From the NCBI GenBank assembly GCA_964607165.1, contig CAZSIT010000006.1, positions 11,870 to 75,869 on the forward strand: DNA of 64,000 bases. The letters run 5' to 3'. This DNA comes from an uncultured Ignavibacteria bacterium. Its GTDB lineage: Bacteria > Zixibacteria > MSB-5A5 > DSPP01. This document shows positions 9,583 through 19,020 of the stretch, piece by piece. Every line of letters begins with the position of its first letter. Position 1 is the first letter of the stretch. A program made the position numbers and the translations under genes. The notes under the pieces were generated by a model. It was not told the DNA's origin and searched no databases. It was given only the letters and a program-made list of their open reading frames with translations.

Positions 9583-9745
9583 AGTTTCGGCGCTCGTCGA
9601 GCTTAATAGGGAAGGCGGTTAAAATCCGCCGCAGCCCCGCTACTGTAAGCAGCCGAGCCCGCCGCAAAAAGCCACTGTCCGCCGGAGGCGGATGGGAAGG
9701 CGCGGCGGGTTGCTGTAAGCCAGGAGACCTGCCGGAACAAGAACC
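9583..9745 (+). promoter_or_regulatory. Cobalamin (B12) riboswitch
   Basis: Conserved blocks AATAGGGAAGGCGGTTAAAATCCGCCGCAGCCCCGCTACTGTAAGC and the B12 box GCCAGGAGACCTGCC sit in the 5' leader of a TonB-dependent receptor gene. Confidence 0.85.
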
Positions 9746-9767
9746 ATAAACCTTCGCGGGAAGGAGA

Positions 9768-11963
9768 ATGGAAAGTCTATTCTCGCCCAAGGCGGGAATT
9801 TTTTTTCGCCTTCGGGAAACAGTCAAACTCCTCGTCGCCCTATTGGTGGGGACATCTGTTCCTTTATGGGCGGAATCTAACCTTAAAATCTCCGGTCAAA
9901 TTTTTGATCGTAACACTGGGCAGCCCTTAGGCAGTGTTACCGTCAGAATCATTGAAAGCGGAAATCAAACAAGCACCGATATGCAAGGGAGGTTTACCTT
10001 TTACGATTTGCCAGAAGGAAAGTATCGCCTTGTTTCTAATCCTCCCTCCTATCGTGCTGAAACACTCACTGTAAAAGTTTCCACCGCCGGAACAGCTGAA
10101 ATAGCGTTTTGGCTCGAACCGGAGCCAATAACCGGCCCACCCACAATAGTGACGGCTGACATTACAACCGAGGCAGCTTTGGAACCGAGCTTAGTTTTCA
10201 CGCGCTCGGATATGGAGAAATCGAAAAATCTTTCGATTGCACAATTTCTTTCACATCAGCCCGGGTTGGACATAAAAACGGGCGGAGTTTACGGCTCGAC
10301 GGAAGAGGTGACCATTCGAGGCGGCGCCGCCAATCAGACGCTGGTGCTTTTCGATGGCCGGCCTTTAAACTCCAATCTGGGCGGAACGGCCGATTTAAGC
10401 TTCGTCAGACTGGCTAATCTCGAAAGAATCGAGGTGTACAAAGGAAGCCAAACGGCGCGTTTTGGGCCGGATGCAGTCGCCGGTGTTGTTATTTTAACTT
10501 CCAGAAAGCCGAATCCCCAAGAGCATTTGACTCCACAAATTTCCTATGAAAAAGGAAGTTTTGGATACCAATCAACAAACTTTGAATCGAATCTTGCTTT
10601 CGTACCAAACGCATCCGCCAACATCTTTTATCAAAATCTTTCTAACCGAGGCGATTTTACTTATGCAGATAAAAACGGTGATTATGAGAGGGTGAACAGC
10701 TACGTTTGGACCAACCGGGCAAATGGAAAATTAAGCTATGGAAATTTTGAAACCGCTTTTTTCTGGGCTAAAGCCCGGCGCGGGCTTCCGGGAGCGCTGC
10801 TCCAGCTTACGCCAAACGCCCAAGAAAAAGATGAACGATTTGGAATAACCTTAAACCGGAAGCTGTATTCAAACAGGGGGTGGTTTTTTGAGCCTTCAGC
10901 GAGCTGGGATAAACTTACCCAAAGCTTCAAATTACCTGATGGATTTGTAAAAACTGACACTCGTTATAAAACTGAAAAAAGAAAGCTGGAGACGGGTGCG
11001 GGAAAACGTTTGACAAACCAAAAGTATCAAATCAGTTTTGATTTTCTCGAAAGCTCTTTAAAAGGAGAGGATTTTATCCGACCCAGTCAAAGCCTGGGAA
11101 AGACCATTCGTCGTTCGGGTGGCCTTTCCGCGGCCTTCGACCGGCAAGTGCCGTTCAAAGGCCATTTGTCGGCCAGCGCCTCGGGCGCGTCGAGAATGGA
11201 TTGGACCGACTTCACAAAGCCGGCTTACTCTCCCCTTCTTTCGGCCGCTTTGAATTATGACAAGAAAATCAAAACGAGAGTTTTTGGCTCCTGGGGTAAA
11301 AGCTTCCGGCTGCCGACTTTAGACGCGCTATTCTGGAAAGAGGATGTTTTTGCCGCCGGCAACCCGGCCCTTCTTCCCGAGCGCGCAGAAAGCCGGGAAA
11401 CGGGTTATCGAATTACTTTCCCAATCCTTGGAAAATTGAACTGGGAACAAAATTTCTTTCATAACGACCTGAAGAATCTAATTATCTGGCAAAGACGGTT
11501 TGACGGGAAGTTCATCCCTCAAAACATTTCCAAGGCCAAAATTTTTGGCCGGGAGGAAAAGGCGCTCTGGCAGCTCTCCAAAATTCTTGAACTGGAATTC
11601 AACCATACCCAAACCGAGCCAATAAACGAGGAGGATTTTGTTCTGCATCAAGGAAAACAATTGGTGTTTCGACCGCGACATATTTACAATGCGCGTATTG
11701 CCGCCAGCTACAAAATTGCCACTTTAAATCTAACTGGCCGTTGGGTAAGCAAGCGATTCACCCGGGCTGAAAACACAAAATATTTGCCACCTTATGAAAC
11801 CTACGACGCCTTCTTTGCATTAGCTCCAAAACTCCGGAAATTCAACTGGAACTTTTCTTTAGCCATCGAAAACTTTACAGGCAGACAGTATGAAATTTTA
11901 GAACGTTACCCGGTGCCGTGGCGCAGTTTCAAATTTTCGCTGGAAATCAAATGGAGGGATTAA
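9768..11963 (+). CDS. btuB: TonB-dependent outer-membrane receptor (BtuB-like cobalamin receptor) with N-terminal carboxypeptidase-regulatory-like domain
   Basis: AAGGAG RBS. Signal peptide, CarbopepD_reg-like N-terminus (ISGQIFDRNTGQPLGSVTVRI...GKYRL), plug/TonB-box region (TIVTADI...), 731 aa, C-terminal aromatic residue. A cobalamin riboswitch lies directly upstream. Confidence 0.75.
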   Translation: MESLFSPKAGIFFRLRETVKLLVALLVGTSVPLWAESNLKISGQIFDRNTGQPLGSVTVRIIESGNQTSTDMQGRFTFYDLPEGKYRLVSNPPSYRAETLTVKVSTAGTAEIAFWLEPEPITGPPTIVTADITTEAALEPSLVFTRSDMEKSKNLSIAQFLSHQPGLDIKTGGVYGSTEEVTIRGGAANQTLVLFDGRPLNSNLGGTADLSFVRLANLERIEVYKGSQTARFGPDAVAGVVILTSRKPNPQEHLTPQISYEKGSFGYQSTNFESNLAFVPNASANIFYQNLSNRGDFTYADKNGDYERVNSYVWTNRANGKLSYGNFETAFFWAKARRGLPGALLQLTPNAQEKDERFGITLNRKLYSNRGWFFEPSASWDKLTQSFKLPDGFVKTDTRYKTEKRKLETGAGKRLTNQKYQISFDFLESSLKGEDFIRPSQSLGKTIRRSGGLSAAFDRQVPFKGHLSASASGASRMDWTDFTKPAYSPLLSAALNYDKKIKTRVFGSWGKSFRLPTLDALFWKEDVFAAGNPALLPERAESRETGYRITFPILGKLNWEQNFFHNDLKNLIIWQRRFDGKFIPQNISKAKIFGREEKALWQLSKILELEFNHTQTEPINEEDFVLHQGKQLVFRPRHIYNARIAASYKIATLNLTGRWVSKRFTRAENTKYLPPYETYDAFFALAPKLRKFNWNFSLAIENFTGRQYEILERYPVPWRSFKFSLEIKWRD

Positions 11964-11967
11964 AACC

Positions 11968-13167
11968 GTGAGAAGATTTTTATCATTGTTTCTATTTATC
12001 TTCGTGTTCTTCTGCTATCACCTAATCTCTGCTCAAAGCGCTCGATTGTGGGTGGTGAATGGTTTGGCAGAAACCGCCAGCCGCGTCATTTTAGATAGCG
12101 GAAATGTATCTAACCATATAATTACGCTCGGTTTGATACCCAACCAAATAGTTTCGGAAGGCAATTTTCTCTTGGCCGTAAACTCCGGCTCCAATAATAT
12201 TCAGATTTTCAACCGCCACACGCTGGCCGAAATCGGAACCGTCGAGCTTGGGGCTAACCGAAATCCCTGGAATTTGGTTATGGCCGATTCGACAATCGGC
12301 TATGTGACTAATCTGGTAACCGGAACGGTGTCTAAGTTCAACCGGTTGAGTAGAACAGTACTGAAAGAGTTTTCGGCGGGTCAATCTCCAGAAGGTATTA
12401 CTTATGCCAAAGGGAAAATTTGGGTTTGCAATACGGCATTTAATCCCAACAATTTTTCATACGGCCAAGGCGAAATAGCGGTAATTGACCCGGTAGCCGA
12501 TTCTGTCGTGAAGAAAATAAACGTGGGAACCAATCCACAGGCCATTAAGCAGGCGCCGGATGGAAAACTCATCGCTGTCTGTACGGGAGACTTCGGTTCG
12601 GTCAGCGGTACGCTCTATGTTATTGACCCAATTACGGAAACCGTAACGGATAGCATTCTGACCGGAGGCACCCCCTCCACCGCTGCGGTCACCCACACCA
12701 ACATCGCCTATCTGCCGGCGGGCGGTTTTGTGGGCAGCGGTCTGCTGTTCAAGGTGAACCTGAATACAAAAACGGTTGAACGCGGCCCGGGAAATCCAAT
12801 TTTGGTGGGAACGGGAGCGACGGATGCCATCTACGATATTGACAGCAATTATGTTTATGTAGCCTGTTTTTCGGACGGAACGGTAAGAAAAATAAACTCC
12901 GCCGACTCGGTGGTAACCAGTTTTTTGGCAGGCGATGGCCCGGTTTCACTGGATATCGCCTATCCTTTTCCGCTGGGAGACTTGAATGGAGATGGCCTGT
13001 CAACCTCCGCCGATGCCGTGATTTTGCTCAACTGCGTCTTTTTGGGATGCGCGCCGCCCCCCCGAAATTCCCAAGCCGATGCCAACCGGGACGGCCTTTG
13101 GACCTCCGCCGACGTGGTGTGCGAACTAAATCACGTTTTTCTGGGAAGCCGATTGCCCTGCCGTTGA
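11968..13167 (+). CDS. Secreted YVTN-family 7-bladed beta-propeller protein with C-terminal double dockerin repeat; candidate BtuG-like surface B12-capture protein
   Basis: Signal peptide. Contains the IGYVTN motif and repeated 40-residue blades. C-terminus DLNGDGLSTSADAVILLNCVFLG...DANRDGLWTSADVVCELNHVFLGSRLPCR. The gene starts 5 nt after btuB, inside the riboswitch operon. Confidence 0.6.
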   Translation: MRRFLSLFLFIFVFFCYHLISAQSARLWVVNGLAETASRVILDSGNVSNHIITLGLIPNQIVSEGNFLLAVNSGSNNIQIFNRHTLAEIGTVELGANRNPWNLVMADSTIGYVTNLVTGTVSKFNRLSRTVLKEFSAGQSPEGITYAKGKIWVCNTAFNPNNFSYGQGEIAVIDPVADSVVKKINVGTNPQAIKQAPDGKLIAVCTGDFGSVSGTLYVIDPITETVTDSILTGGTPSTAAVTHTNIAYLPAGGFVGSGLLFKVNLNTKTVERGPGNPILVGTGATDAIYDIDSNYVYVACFSDGTVRKINSADSVVTSFLAGDGPVSLDIAYPFPLGDLNGDGLSTSADAVILLNCVFLGCAPPPRNSQADANRDGLWTSADVVCELNHVFLGSRLPCR

Positions 13168-13179
13168 GAAAGGAGCGAT

Positions 13180-13530
13180 ATGAAAAAACTTTTCCTTATA
13201 ATTACGATTCTGACCCTAACGATTAGCTGTGGAACAAAGGAAAAAACAGATACATCCGCGCAGCTTGACACCACCCTGACCGTGAGCTATTTTGGCGCCC
13301 AGGGTAAAACGGTGCTCAAACTTCTGGAAACTTCTCACAGAATAGAAAAGAAATCTTCCTCTATTGGAAGTTTTGTGGAATCGATAGATGGCGTGAAAAA
13401 TCGTTCCAATCGTTTTTGGCTCTACTATGTGAATGGGAAAAAACCGGATGTGGCTTCGGATCGATATACGACTCACACAAACGACACCGTTGAATGGCGT
13501 TTTGAAGCCGCGATAAAGGAGGAAAAATGA
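13180..13530 (+). CDS. DUF4430-like small lipoprotein (domain family associated with cobalamin uptake loci)
   Basis: MKKLFLIITILTLTISCG resembles a lipoprotein signal. FWLYYVNGKKPDVASDRYTTHTNDTVEWRF matches the DUF4430 W.YyVNG...Y.l.dgD.i.W.y pattern. Confidence 0.55.
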   Translation: MKKLFLIITILTLTISCGTKEKTDTSAQLDTTLTVSYFGAQGKTVLKLLETSHRIEKKSSSIGSFVESIDGVKNRSNRFWLYYVNGKKPDVASDRYTTHTNDTVEWRFEAAIKEEK

Positions 13531-14021
13531 TTTATCTATTCGCTTTGCTTGCCGTAGTCTTGAGGCTTTTGCCCCACGCCCCCAATTTTGCCCCGATGGG
13601 AGCTTTGGCGCTTTGGGCCGGAATGTCGGGCGACAAAAGAAAAGTTTGGATTCCCTTGCTGGCAGTTTTCTTCAGCGACTTATTCCTGGGTGGCTACCCC
13701 GGTTTTGTTTGGGTTTATGCCTCATATTTTTGCATATTTTTCAGCGGATATTTAACCAAGCAAACTTCCGGCTTGGCCCGATACCTCGGAGCGCCAATAG
13801 CCGGCGCCTCCATTTTTTATTTGGTTTCCAATTTTGGGGTCTGGGCCGGCGGCTCGATGTATCCGGCGACCCCGGGCGGCTTGGCCCAATGCTATGTGGC
13901 CGCCCTGCCGTTTTTTCGCAATACCCTGGCGTCGGATGCCTTGTATTTCAACGCTTTCATCCTCCTTAACAAAATCTTTGCAACGCTAAAAAATTATCAA
14001 TTGGCGTTAAGGTTTCGTTAA
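13527..14021 (+). CDS. Small polytopic membrane protein, possible ECF-type S-component / BtuM-like solo vitamin transporter
   Basis: ATGA start/stop overlap with the upstream gene. 164 aa with about 5 hydrophobic helices. LPHAPNFAPMGALALWAGM is reminiscent of S-component motifs. It is the last gene of the B12 riboswitch operon. Confidence 0.4.
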   Translation: MIYLFALLAVVLRLLPHAPNFAPMGALALWAGMSGDKRKVWIPLLAVFFSDLFLGGYPGFVWVYASYFCIFFSGYLTKQTSGLARYLGAPIAGASIFYLVSNFGVWAGGSMYPATPGGLAQCYVAALPFFRNTLASDALYFNAFILLNKIFATLKNYQLALRFR

Positions 14022-14035
14022 AAAAATAAAAAAGT

Positions 14036-14070
14036 AAAAAGCCCTTCTCTTTGGAGAGAAGGGCTTTTTT
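14036..14070. terminator. Bidirectional rho-independent terminator
   Basis: aaaaagcccttctc-tttgg-agagaagggctttttt between convergent genes. Confidence 0.7.
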
Positions 14071-14119
14071 ACTTCGAACGAAGTTTTCGAAAAATTACAG
14101 CATGCGCTAAACGAACCCG

Positions 14120-14827
14120 TCAGTTGCGAACCGAGGTTGAATCACCGGTTTTAGGTGAACCCAGAAATTTCCAATCTGCAAAAGCCGGCATCGTATCTTT
14201 GAAGTTGCTTTCCAGGAAAAACTCGGAGGAGAAAAGAACGGCGACAAACAAATGATTATTCTTTCGAAATACGGTGACAATTTCCGCCCGGAATTCCGAA
14301 CCGGTAATCGGGCCGGCTTTTTGTTCGGAGAAATACTCGGTCATATTCCGTAAAAGGGTCAGCTGCACGCCCGGCTGCCCCGCCACGCTAACCCGGCTGC
14401 GCTTAATTTCCTTGTCGCTGGGGCGCCAGTCCAAAACCTTCAAATATTCTCCTTTGCCTTTCCAGCTCGTTTCCCCAAAAAGACGGTCCAAGAATTGATC
14501 GGGGGAAAAAGAAAGCGTGTCGGCCAGAATCAAAAACCTTGGGCGGGTTCCCGCATTGGAACGTTCGTTGGAAAACCTTGGATTAATTTGAACGTCGCTT
14601 TTTTCCATTGCCACTCGAATTAAGGAAGGCTCATCTTTCACGCGTGCCTTCCATGTTTTCGGCACCGAGGTGGAATAACCAATAAGCGAGTCGCTGAAGG
14701 TATTCTTCTCCAGAACGCCGGTTTTAATCTTATCCTTTGAGAAAGTAATTGGGCTGAAAGCAAACAGGCCAAGCAGGCCCATCAAGAAAATAGACGTTGA
14801 ACGCCGCATACACTCCCCTTTGCTCAA
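14120..14827 (-). CDS. Secreted hypothetical protein (signal peptide), co-operonic with the M48 peptidase
   Basis: MRRSTSIFLMGLLGLFAFSPITFS is a signal peptide. The true start is probably 14809. I recognise no domain. Confidence 0.5.
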   Translation of the reverse strand: MSKGECMRRSTSIFLMGLLGLFAFSPITFSKDKIKTGVLEKNTFSDSLIGYSTSVPKTWKARVKDEPSLIRVAMEKSDVQINPRFSNERSNAGTRPRFLILADTLSFSPDQFLDRLFGETSWKGKGEYLKVLDWRPSDKEIKRSRVSVAGQPGVQLTLLRNMTEYFSEQKAGPITGSEFRAEIVTVFRKNNHLFVAVLFSSEFFLESNFKDTMPAFADWKFLGSPKTGDSTSVRN

Positions 14828-15636
14828 GGTAATCGCTTCTTCATTTGTGAATAGGTTTCTTTCCCGGATTTTCCACCGGCTGGCAATTTTTTGATTTCCA
14901 TTTCCAATTTAGCTATTCGCTCTTGGGTCTGCGGATGGGTGGCGGTCAGCTTTTCAAAAGTCGAACGCTCTCCTTTTTCACCGGCGCCCAGTTTGTTAAA
15001 CATCCGGAGCGTCCCTTCCGGATTATACCCGGCTCGCTGCATATAAACGAGCCCAAAACGGTCAGCCTCCAGCTCGTGGCTGCGGCTGTAACCGGTGAGA
15101 GCGATGCCTAAAACAACGTTTAGCGCCTGCTGCGCGGCCGGGCTTTTGTCGCCAAAAGCCAATGCTTCCACGGCGGAAATGCCGACCACCGGCTGCATCT
15201 GACGGACGGCATGGCGGCCATCCACATGCCCGATTTCGTGGCCCAAAACGGCCGCCAGCTCGGCTTCATCATCCATCAATTTTAAAAGGCCTGTGTATAT
15301 GAAAAGCGGCCCGCCCGGAAGCGCAAAGGCGTTGATTTCTTTTGAATCAAGAACCGTGAAACTATAGCGGACGTCTTTTCTTTCCGAGAACTGTGCCAAA
15401 GATTGGCCGATTGCGTCAACATAATTTTGCCAGGCGCTGTCGGCCAATACTTTGGACTGTGATAAGACCTGTTGTTGGGCCTGTTTGCCCATTGAGGTTT
15501 CCGTGCCGCTTCCAATAAAGACCAAACTTTTCTTGCCCCCCGGCCCGGTTGTGGCGCAAGAAAGAGAAATCAAAGCTATCGCATTGAAAAAAACGGAAAG
15601 CCGCTGGCAGCTTACGCTGGGTAAGTAAGCCTTCAT
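14824..15636 (-). CDS. M48-family Zn metallopeptidase (YcaL/BepA-like, periplasmic)
   Basis: HEIGHVDGRH HExxH motif, signal peptide, 270 aa. Confidence 0.75.
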   Translation of the reverse strand: MKAYLPSVSCQRLSVFFNAIALISLSCATTGPGGKKSLVFIGSGTETSMGKQAQQQVLSQSKVLADSAWQNYVDAIGQSLAQFSERKDVRYSFTVLDSKEINAFALPGGPLFIYTGLLKLMDDEAELAAVLGHEIGHVDGRHAVRQMQPVVGISAVEALAFGDKSPAAQQALNVVLGIALTGYSRSHELEADRFGLVYMQRAGYNPEGTLRMFNKLGAGEKGERSTFEKLTATHPQTQERIAKLEMEIKKLPAGGKSGKETYSQMKKRLP

Positions 15637-15671
15637 TCTTATTTTAAGATATAGTTTTTTATCGAGCGGTC

Positions 15672-15702
15672 AAATAAAAAAGCCCCCGCCTCGGCGGGGG
15701 CT
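15672..15702 (-). terminator. Rho-independent terminator for the GH57 operon
   Basis: On the minus strand, agcccccgcc-gagg-cgggggct followed by tttttatttg. Confidence 0.65.
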
Positions 15703-15810
15703 TGTCCTCAAAAAAGGGTCCTATTTAACTTCCTCGACAGCTTTAACGGCAATAGCCATACTGTCGCCAAAGCTATGCACGGTACCGGTAACCCTAAGTA
15801 GCTTAAAAAA

Positions 15811-16158
15811 CTACAGCTTAATCTTTTCGGCCAAATCTCCCAAAAAAGGAACTTTCCAATCACGGCCCTGGAGCACTTGCAGGACGCCGTAAAACGACGC
15901 CAGCAGAGCCAAAATCAAAACAAATGCCCAAAAATGCTGGGAGATAAAAGGCAAATAAAAAATTAAAGCCAGCATCTCCACCATAAAAAGGACCAGCCCC
16001 TGTTTGCCGTGGCGCAGGGCAAAACTATTATGCCGCATCTTTAAAAGGGGAACGAAACACATAAAAGGGATGTAGGCTAAAAGCGCCGCCGCTTTCCCCT
16101 CTTCTATTTCCTGCGCTTCGGATAAGTTCTCTTTTTTTATGAGCTCTTCAGTACCCAC
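15811..16158 (-). CDS. Small membrane protein (DUF4870-like)
   Basis: Two to three TM helices. Abuts the GH57 stop codon. Confidence 0.45.
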   Translation of the reverse strand: MGTEELIKKENLSEAQEIEEGKAAALLAYIPFMCFVPLLKMRHNSFALRHGKQGLVLFMVEMLALIFYLPFISQHFWAFVLILALLASFYGVLQVLQGRDWKVPFLGDLAEKIKL

Positions 16159-18267
16159 TTAAACCTGCCAGTTGCTTTTTTCAATCAGATCGTCCAGCGT
16201 CATCTGGAGTATCGAAAGCATTCGATAAATATACTCAGGTTCTTTGCTCCGGTATGTAAAATTAAAATACAGCACCCGGTCTTTCAAGTATTTCTCCATC
16301 CATTTTCTTTCCAGGGAAAATTCCAGAGCTTTTGCAAAATAAAATTGTACGGGCACCTTCTCATCCAAAGGTTGAATCACGGTACCATCCAGACGAATAA
16401 CCAAACTCAACAGATTTTCCTTCCCAAATAGAATTTCCAGCGAATCCTCTGTTTGAGGAACGAATCCATTCTGAAAATTTAAGCGGAAAAAAAGCTTTTC
16501 CTTATTATATCCATACCACACTTTATCCAGGGGCTGTTTTTGGAACATTGCCCCCCCGCCAGTGGAAAACGAATAACAACCCGCCTCGGACCATTCATAA
16601 AAATCGGTTTCCAGACCATCTATTACGGGATGAATATATCCGCCAGGTAATGTTCCCGAGGAACTATTTTCGGAAATGGGGAAACCGAGTTCTGTCGGCG
16701 GCGGCTCATCCAAAAGTTCATAGACATAGCGCAAATTTTCTCGAAAAAGCAGGTCGAAAACTGGCCGCTCGGCTGAAAAGTTTTCATCTCCATACCACCA
16801 GAACCAGTCGCTTCCTTCGGCAATTAAAATATGACGATAGGCCTCCTCTGACTGCTCGGGCGTCAATGACAACTTTTTCTTCTCCCACAGCTGGCGGGCA
16901 TCGCGCAAAAGAGACCACGCCCGATTGTCCTCCGGATGCCCGATCCAAATTCTGAAGTTTTTATTTATCCAGCTGCCCGGCCAAATGCCGGTTAAAACCG
17001 GCAGACTGGGGGCCGAATCGAAGTACTCCTTCAAAGTCACGGTCTCCAGGTGAGGATTGTCCGACAATTTTGAGTATAATCCTTCAAGAAAAAAATGCCC
17101 GTCTTTTGGATAAAACTCCCAGGCATTTTCGCCGTCCAGAATTATCGTAACTAAACCATTTTCCAGTTGCCCGGCAGAATCAAGCATACTGCGGATTCGA
17201 TAGAGCTCGCCCAAGAAATAGTCAACCGCTTTCTCGGCTTCCCAATTACGAAAGGTAAAACCAATCAAATCCGACAGAAAACGATTTCTAAAAACCATTC
17301 CTATTGAGCCGGAAGGGCCGGAAAAGCGATAGCCGGTGGAAAGAGCCAAAATCTTTTCCTCCGGCGAGGCCGGATTTTGCGGCAGGGAGGCAAATAGAAT
17401 CTCTTCATCGGTGGCCGTCCAGCTGAAGTTAGATGAAGCAAACAAACCCAAAGTTTCGTTAGAAACGGCTCCTTCCGCCGGCCAAACTCCGTCCGGCTTT
17501 TTGCCGAATCTCTTCCAATGTGATTCAAGCGCAAGCTTCAGTTGGGCCCTGGCGTCTTCCGCAAAGCGAAAGGGAGAAGTTGCAAAAGAAGAATTAGGGT
17601 CGGAAACCTTTGCCACCTCGCTGTCAAAAAGCAGGGGGAGAATCGGATGAAAATAAGGAGTCGTGGAAAGTTCAATTCTTCCCTCTTCAACGAGCTTTTT
17701 ATACGTCGGAATTATCTTGGAAAGATGCGCCCTTTGCCACACTGCTAAGTCTTTTTTATCCTTCTCGGAGAATCCTCCGCTTTTATTAATCAAACCAGAT
17801 ATAAGTGGATCGCTCCAAAATTCCGGGTCCACCCAGGCCAGGTTGGTCCAAACTTGTAAATCGACCCAATCGGCAGGCTCCCAGTTTTTCCAGTTCCGAC
17901 TTTGGGATTTTTGATGCAGTTCGAAAAAGCGTCGATGGGGCCGGATGGCCGTTTCCAAAGGCAAGACAAAAGCACGGTTTATCAAAAATTCCTTTTCCTG
18001 TTCGTTTAACCGGTCGGCGGGTTTTAAGGCGAGTTCGAATTCGTGGTCCGGTTCTCCCGTTTTTGAACATACCTCCAGCTGCTCTAAAAGTGAAGGAACC
18101 AGGTTAAAATTCAGGCGAAGATTCCCAAACCGCGCCGCCAAAAGCGGCATATCCAGATAATCTTTTAACCCATGCAGGCGCACCCAGGGGAGCCGGGCCG
18201 TTTTTTCCCGCGGCATAAAATACCACGGCTGGTGCATATGCCAGAGAAAGGCTACTTTTAATTTCAT
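16159..18267 (-). CDS. Glycoside hydrolase family 57 (alpha-amylase / 4-alpha-glucanotransferase / branching-enzyme type)
   Basis: N-terminus VAFLWHMHQPWYF (the GH57 HxHQP signature). 702 aa. Confidence 0.8.
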   Translation of the reverse strand: MKLKVAFLWHMHQPWYFMPREKTARLPWVRLHGLKDYLDMPLLAARFGNLRLNFNLVPSLLEQLEVCSKTGEPDHEFELALKPADRLNEQEKEFLINRAFVLPLETAIRPHRRFFELHQKSQSRNWKNWEPADWVDLQVWTNLAWVDPEFWSDPLISGLINKSGGFSEKDKKDLAVWQRAHLSKIIPTYKKLVEEGRIELSTTPYFHPILPLLFDSEVAKVSDPNSSFATSPFRFAEDARAQLKLALESHWKRFGKKPDGVWPAEGAVSNETLGLFASSNFSWTATDEEILFASLPQNPASPEEKILALSTGYRFSGPSGSIGMVFRNRFLSDLIGFTFRNWEAEKAVDYFLGELYRIRSMLDSAGQLENGLVTIILDGENAWEFYPKDGHFFLEGLYSKLSDNPHLETVTLKEYFDSAPSLPVLTGIWPGSWINKNFRIWIGHPEDNRAWSLLRDARQLWEKKKLSLTPEQSEEAYRHILIAEGSDWFWWYGDENFSAERPVFDLLFRENLRYVYELLDEPPPTELGFPISENSSSGTLPGGYIHPVIDGLETDFYEWSEAGCYSFSTGGGAMFQKQPLDKVWYGYNKEKLFFRLNFQNGFVPQTEDSLEILFGKENLLSLVIRLDGTVIQPLDEKVPVQFYFAKALEFSLERKWMEKYLKDRVLYFNFTYRSKEPEYIYRMLSILQMTLDDLIEKSNWQV

Positions 18268-18281
18268 TCGAGCGGCCGGGG

Positions 18282-18968
18282 CTACTCCCGCCGATCGAAA
18301 ATCCCCTGACGCGCCATATAGAGGAGGGCCTGGTTATGCTGCTCCCGGTAGATGGGAAAATCTTTGCGCAGTTGGGCCAAAAGCTTTCGCGCCTCTACGG
18401 AGTCTCCCAAAATGCTGTAGTTGCGGATGGCCCCGACCAAATAATCCGGGGTTTGAAAATTATTCTTGGAAGTCTTGATGGCTTTCATAAAGGCATCCGC
18501 CGCTTCTTTATTTTTGCCTTTCTTTTCGTAACAAACGCCCAAACCGGCGGATGCGGAGGATTTTGAAATTTCGTTGCCGTCCCCGCTGCTTAAAAATTTT
18601 CCGTAGTACAGCTCGGCCTGATTGTAGTCGCCGCTTTCAAAATAAGCATTGGCGAGATAATACGACCCTTTGCTGCCCGCCGACGTTCCGGCATGCTTTT
18701 CCACCAGCTGCCGAAGGTCCTGCAGGGCTAAGGGAACTTGTCCGCTTTGCAATTCCAGGTTGGCGCGGGTCAAAAGCGCCTCGGCTTTGACATCTTTTTC
18801 GCGCCGGCCGTTAATAAACCAAATGCCCGCCAGAATAATAACGGCAAGAATTCCTGCGCCCCACAAAAACCGCTCCCGGTTTTCATTTATATAGGTGCGC
18901 GCTTTAAATGCCCCGGTAACCAAGGGGTCATCTTTTAACTCGTGCTTGGTCAGTCTTTTCTCGGCCAT
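18282..18968 (-). CDS. YfgM-like TPR protein (N-terminal TM anchor plus periplasmic TPR-like domain)
   Basis: Short cytoplasmic N-terminus, TM helix WGAGILAVIILAGIWFI, then a TPR-like helical domain. Confidence 0.55.
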   Translation of the reverse strand: MAEKRLTKHELKDDPLVTGAFKARTYINENRERFLWGAGILAVIILAGIWFINGRREKDVKAEALLTRANLELQSGQVPLALQDLRQLVEKHAGTSAGSKGSYYLANAYFESGDYNQAELYYGKFLSSGDGNEISKSSASAGLGVCYEKKGKNKEAADAFMKAIKTSKNNFQTPDYLVGAIRNYSILGDSVEARKLLAQLRKDFPIYREQHNQALLYMARQGIFDRRE

Positions 18969-19020
18969 AACCTCACTTCATCCAAAATATTTACACTTTC
19001 AAATCATTCGCAAAAAAACT

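Noticed and set aside
9554-9826. 90-aa minus-strand ORF
   Set aside because: It overlaps the cobalamin riboswitch and the btuB start. No RBS, and the composition is non-coding-like.
14809-15636. Lipoprotein call for the M48 peptidase
   Set aside because: ALISLSC has Ser at position -3 and does not fit the lipobox [LVI][ASTVI][GAS]C, so I called only a signal peptide.
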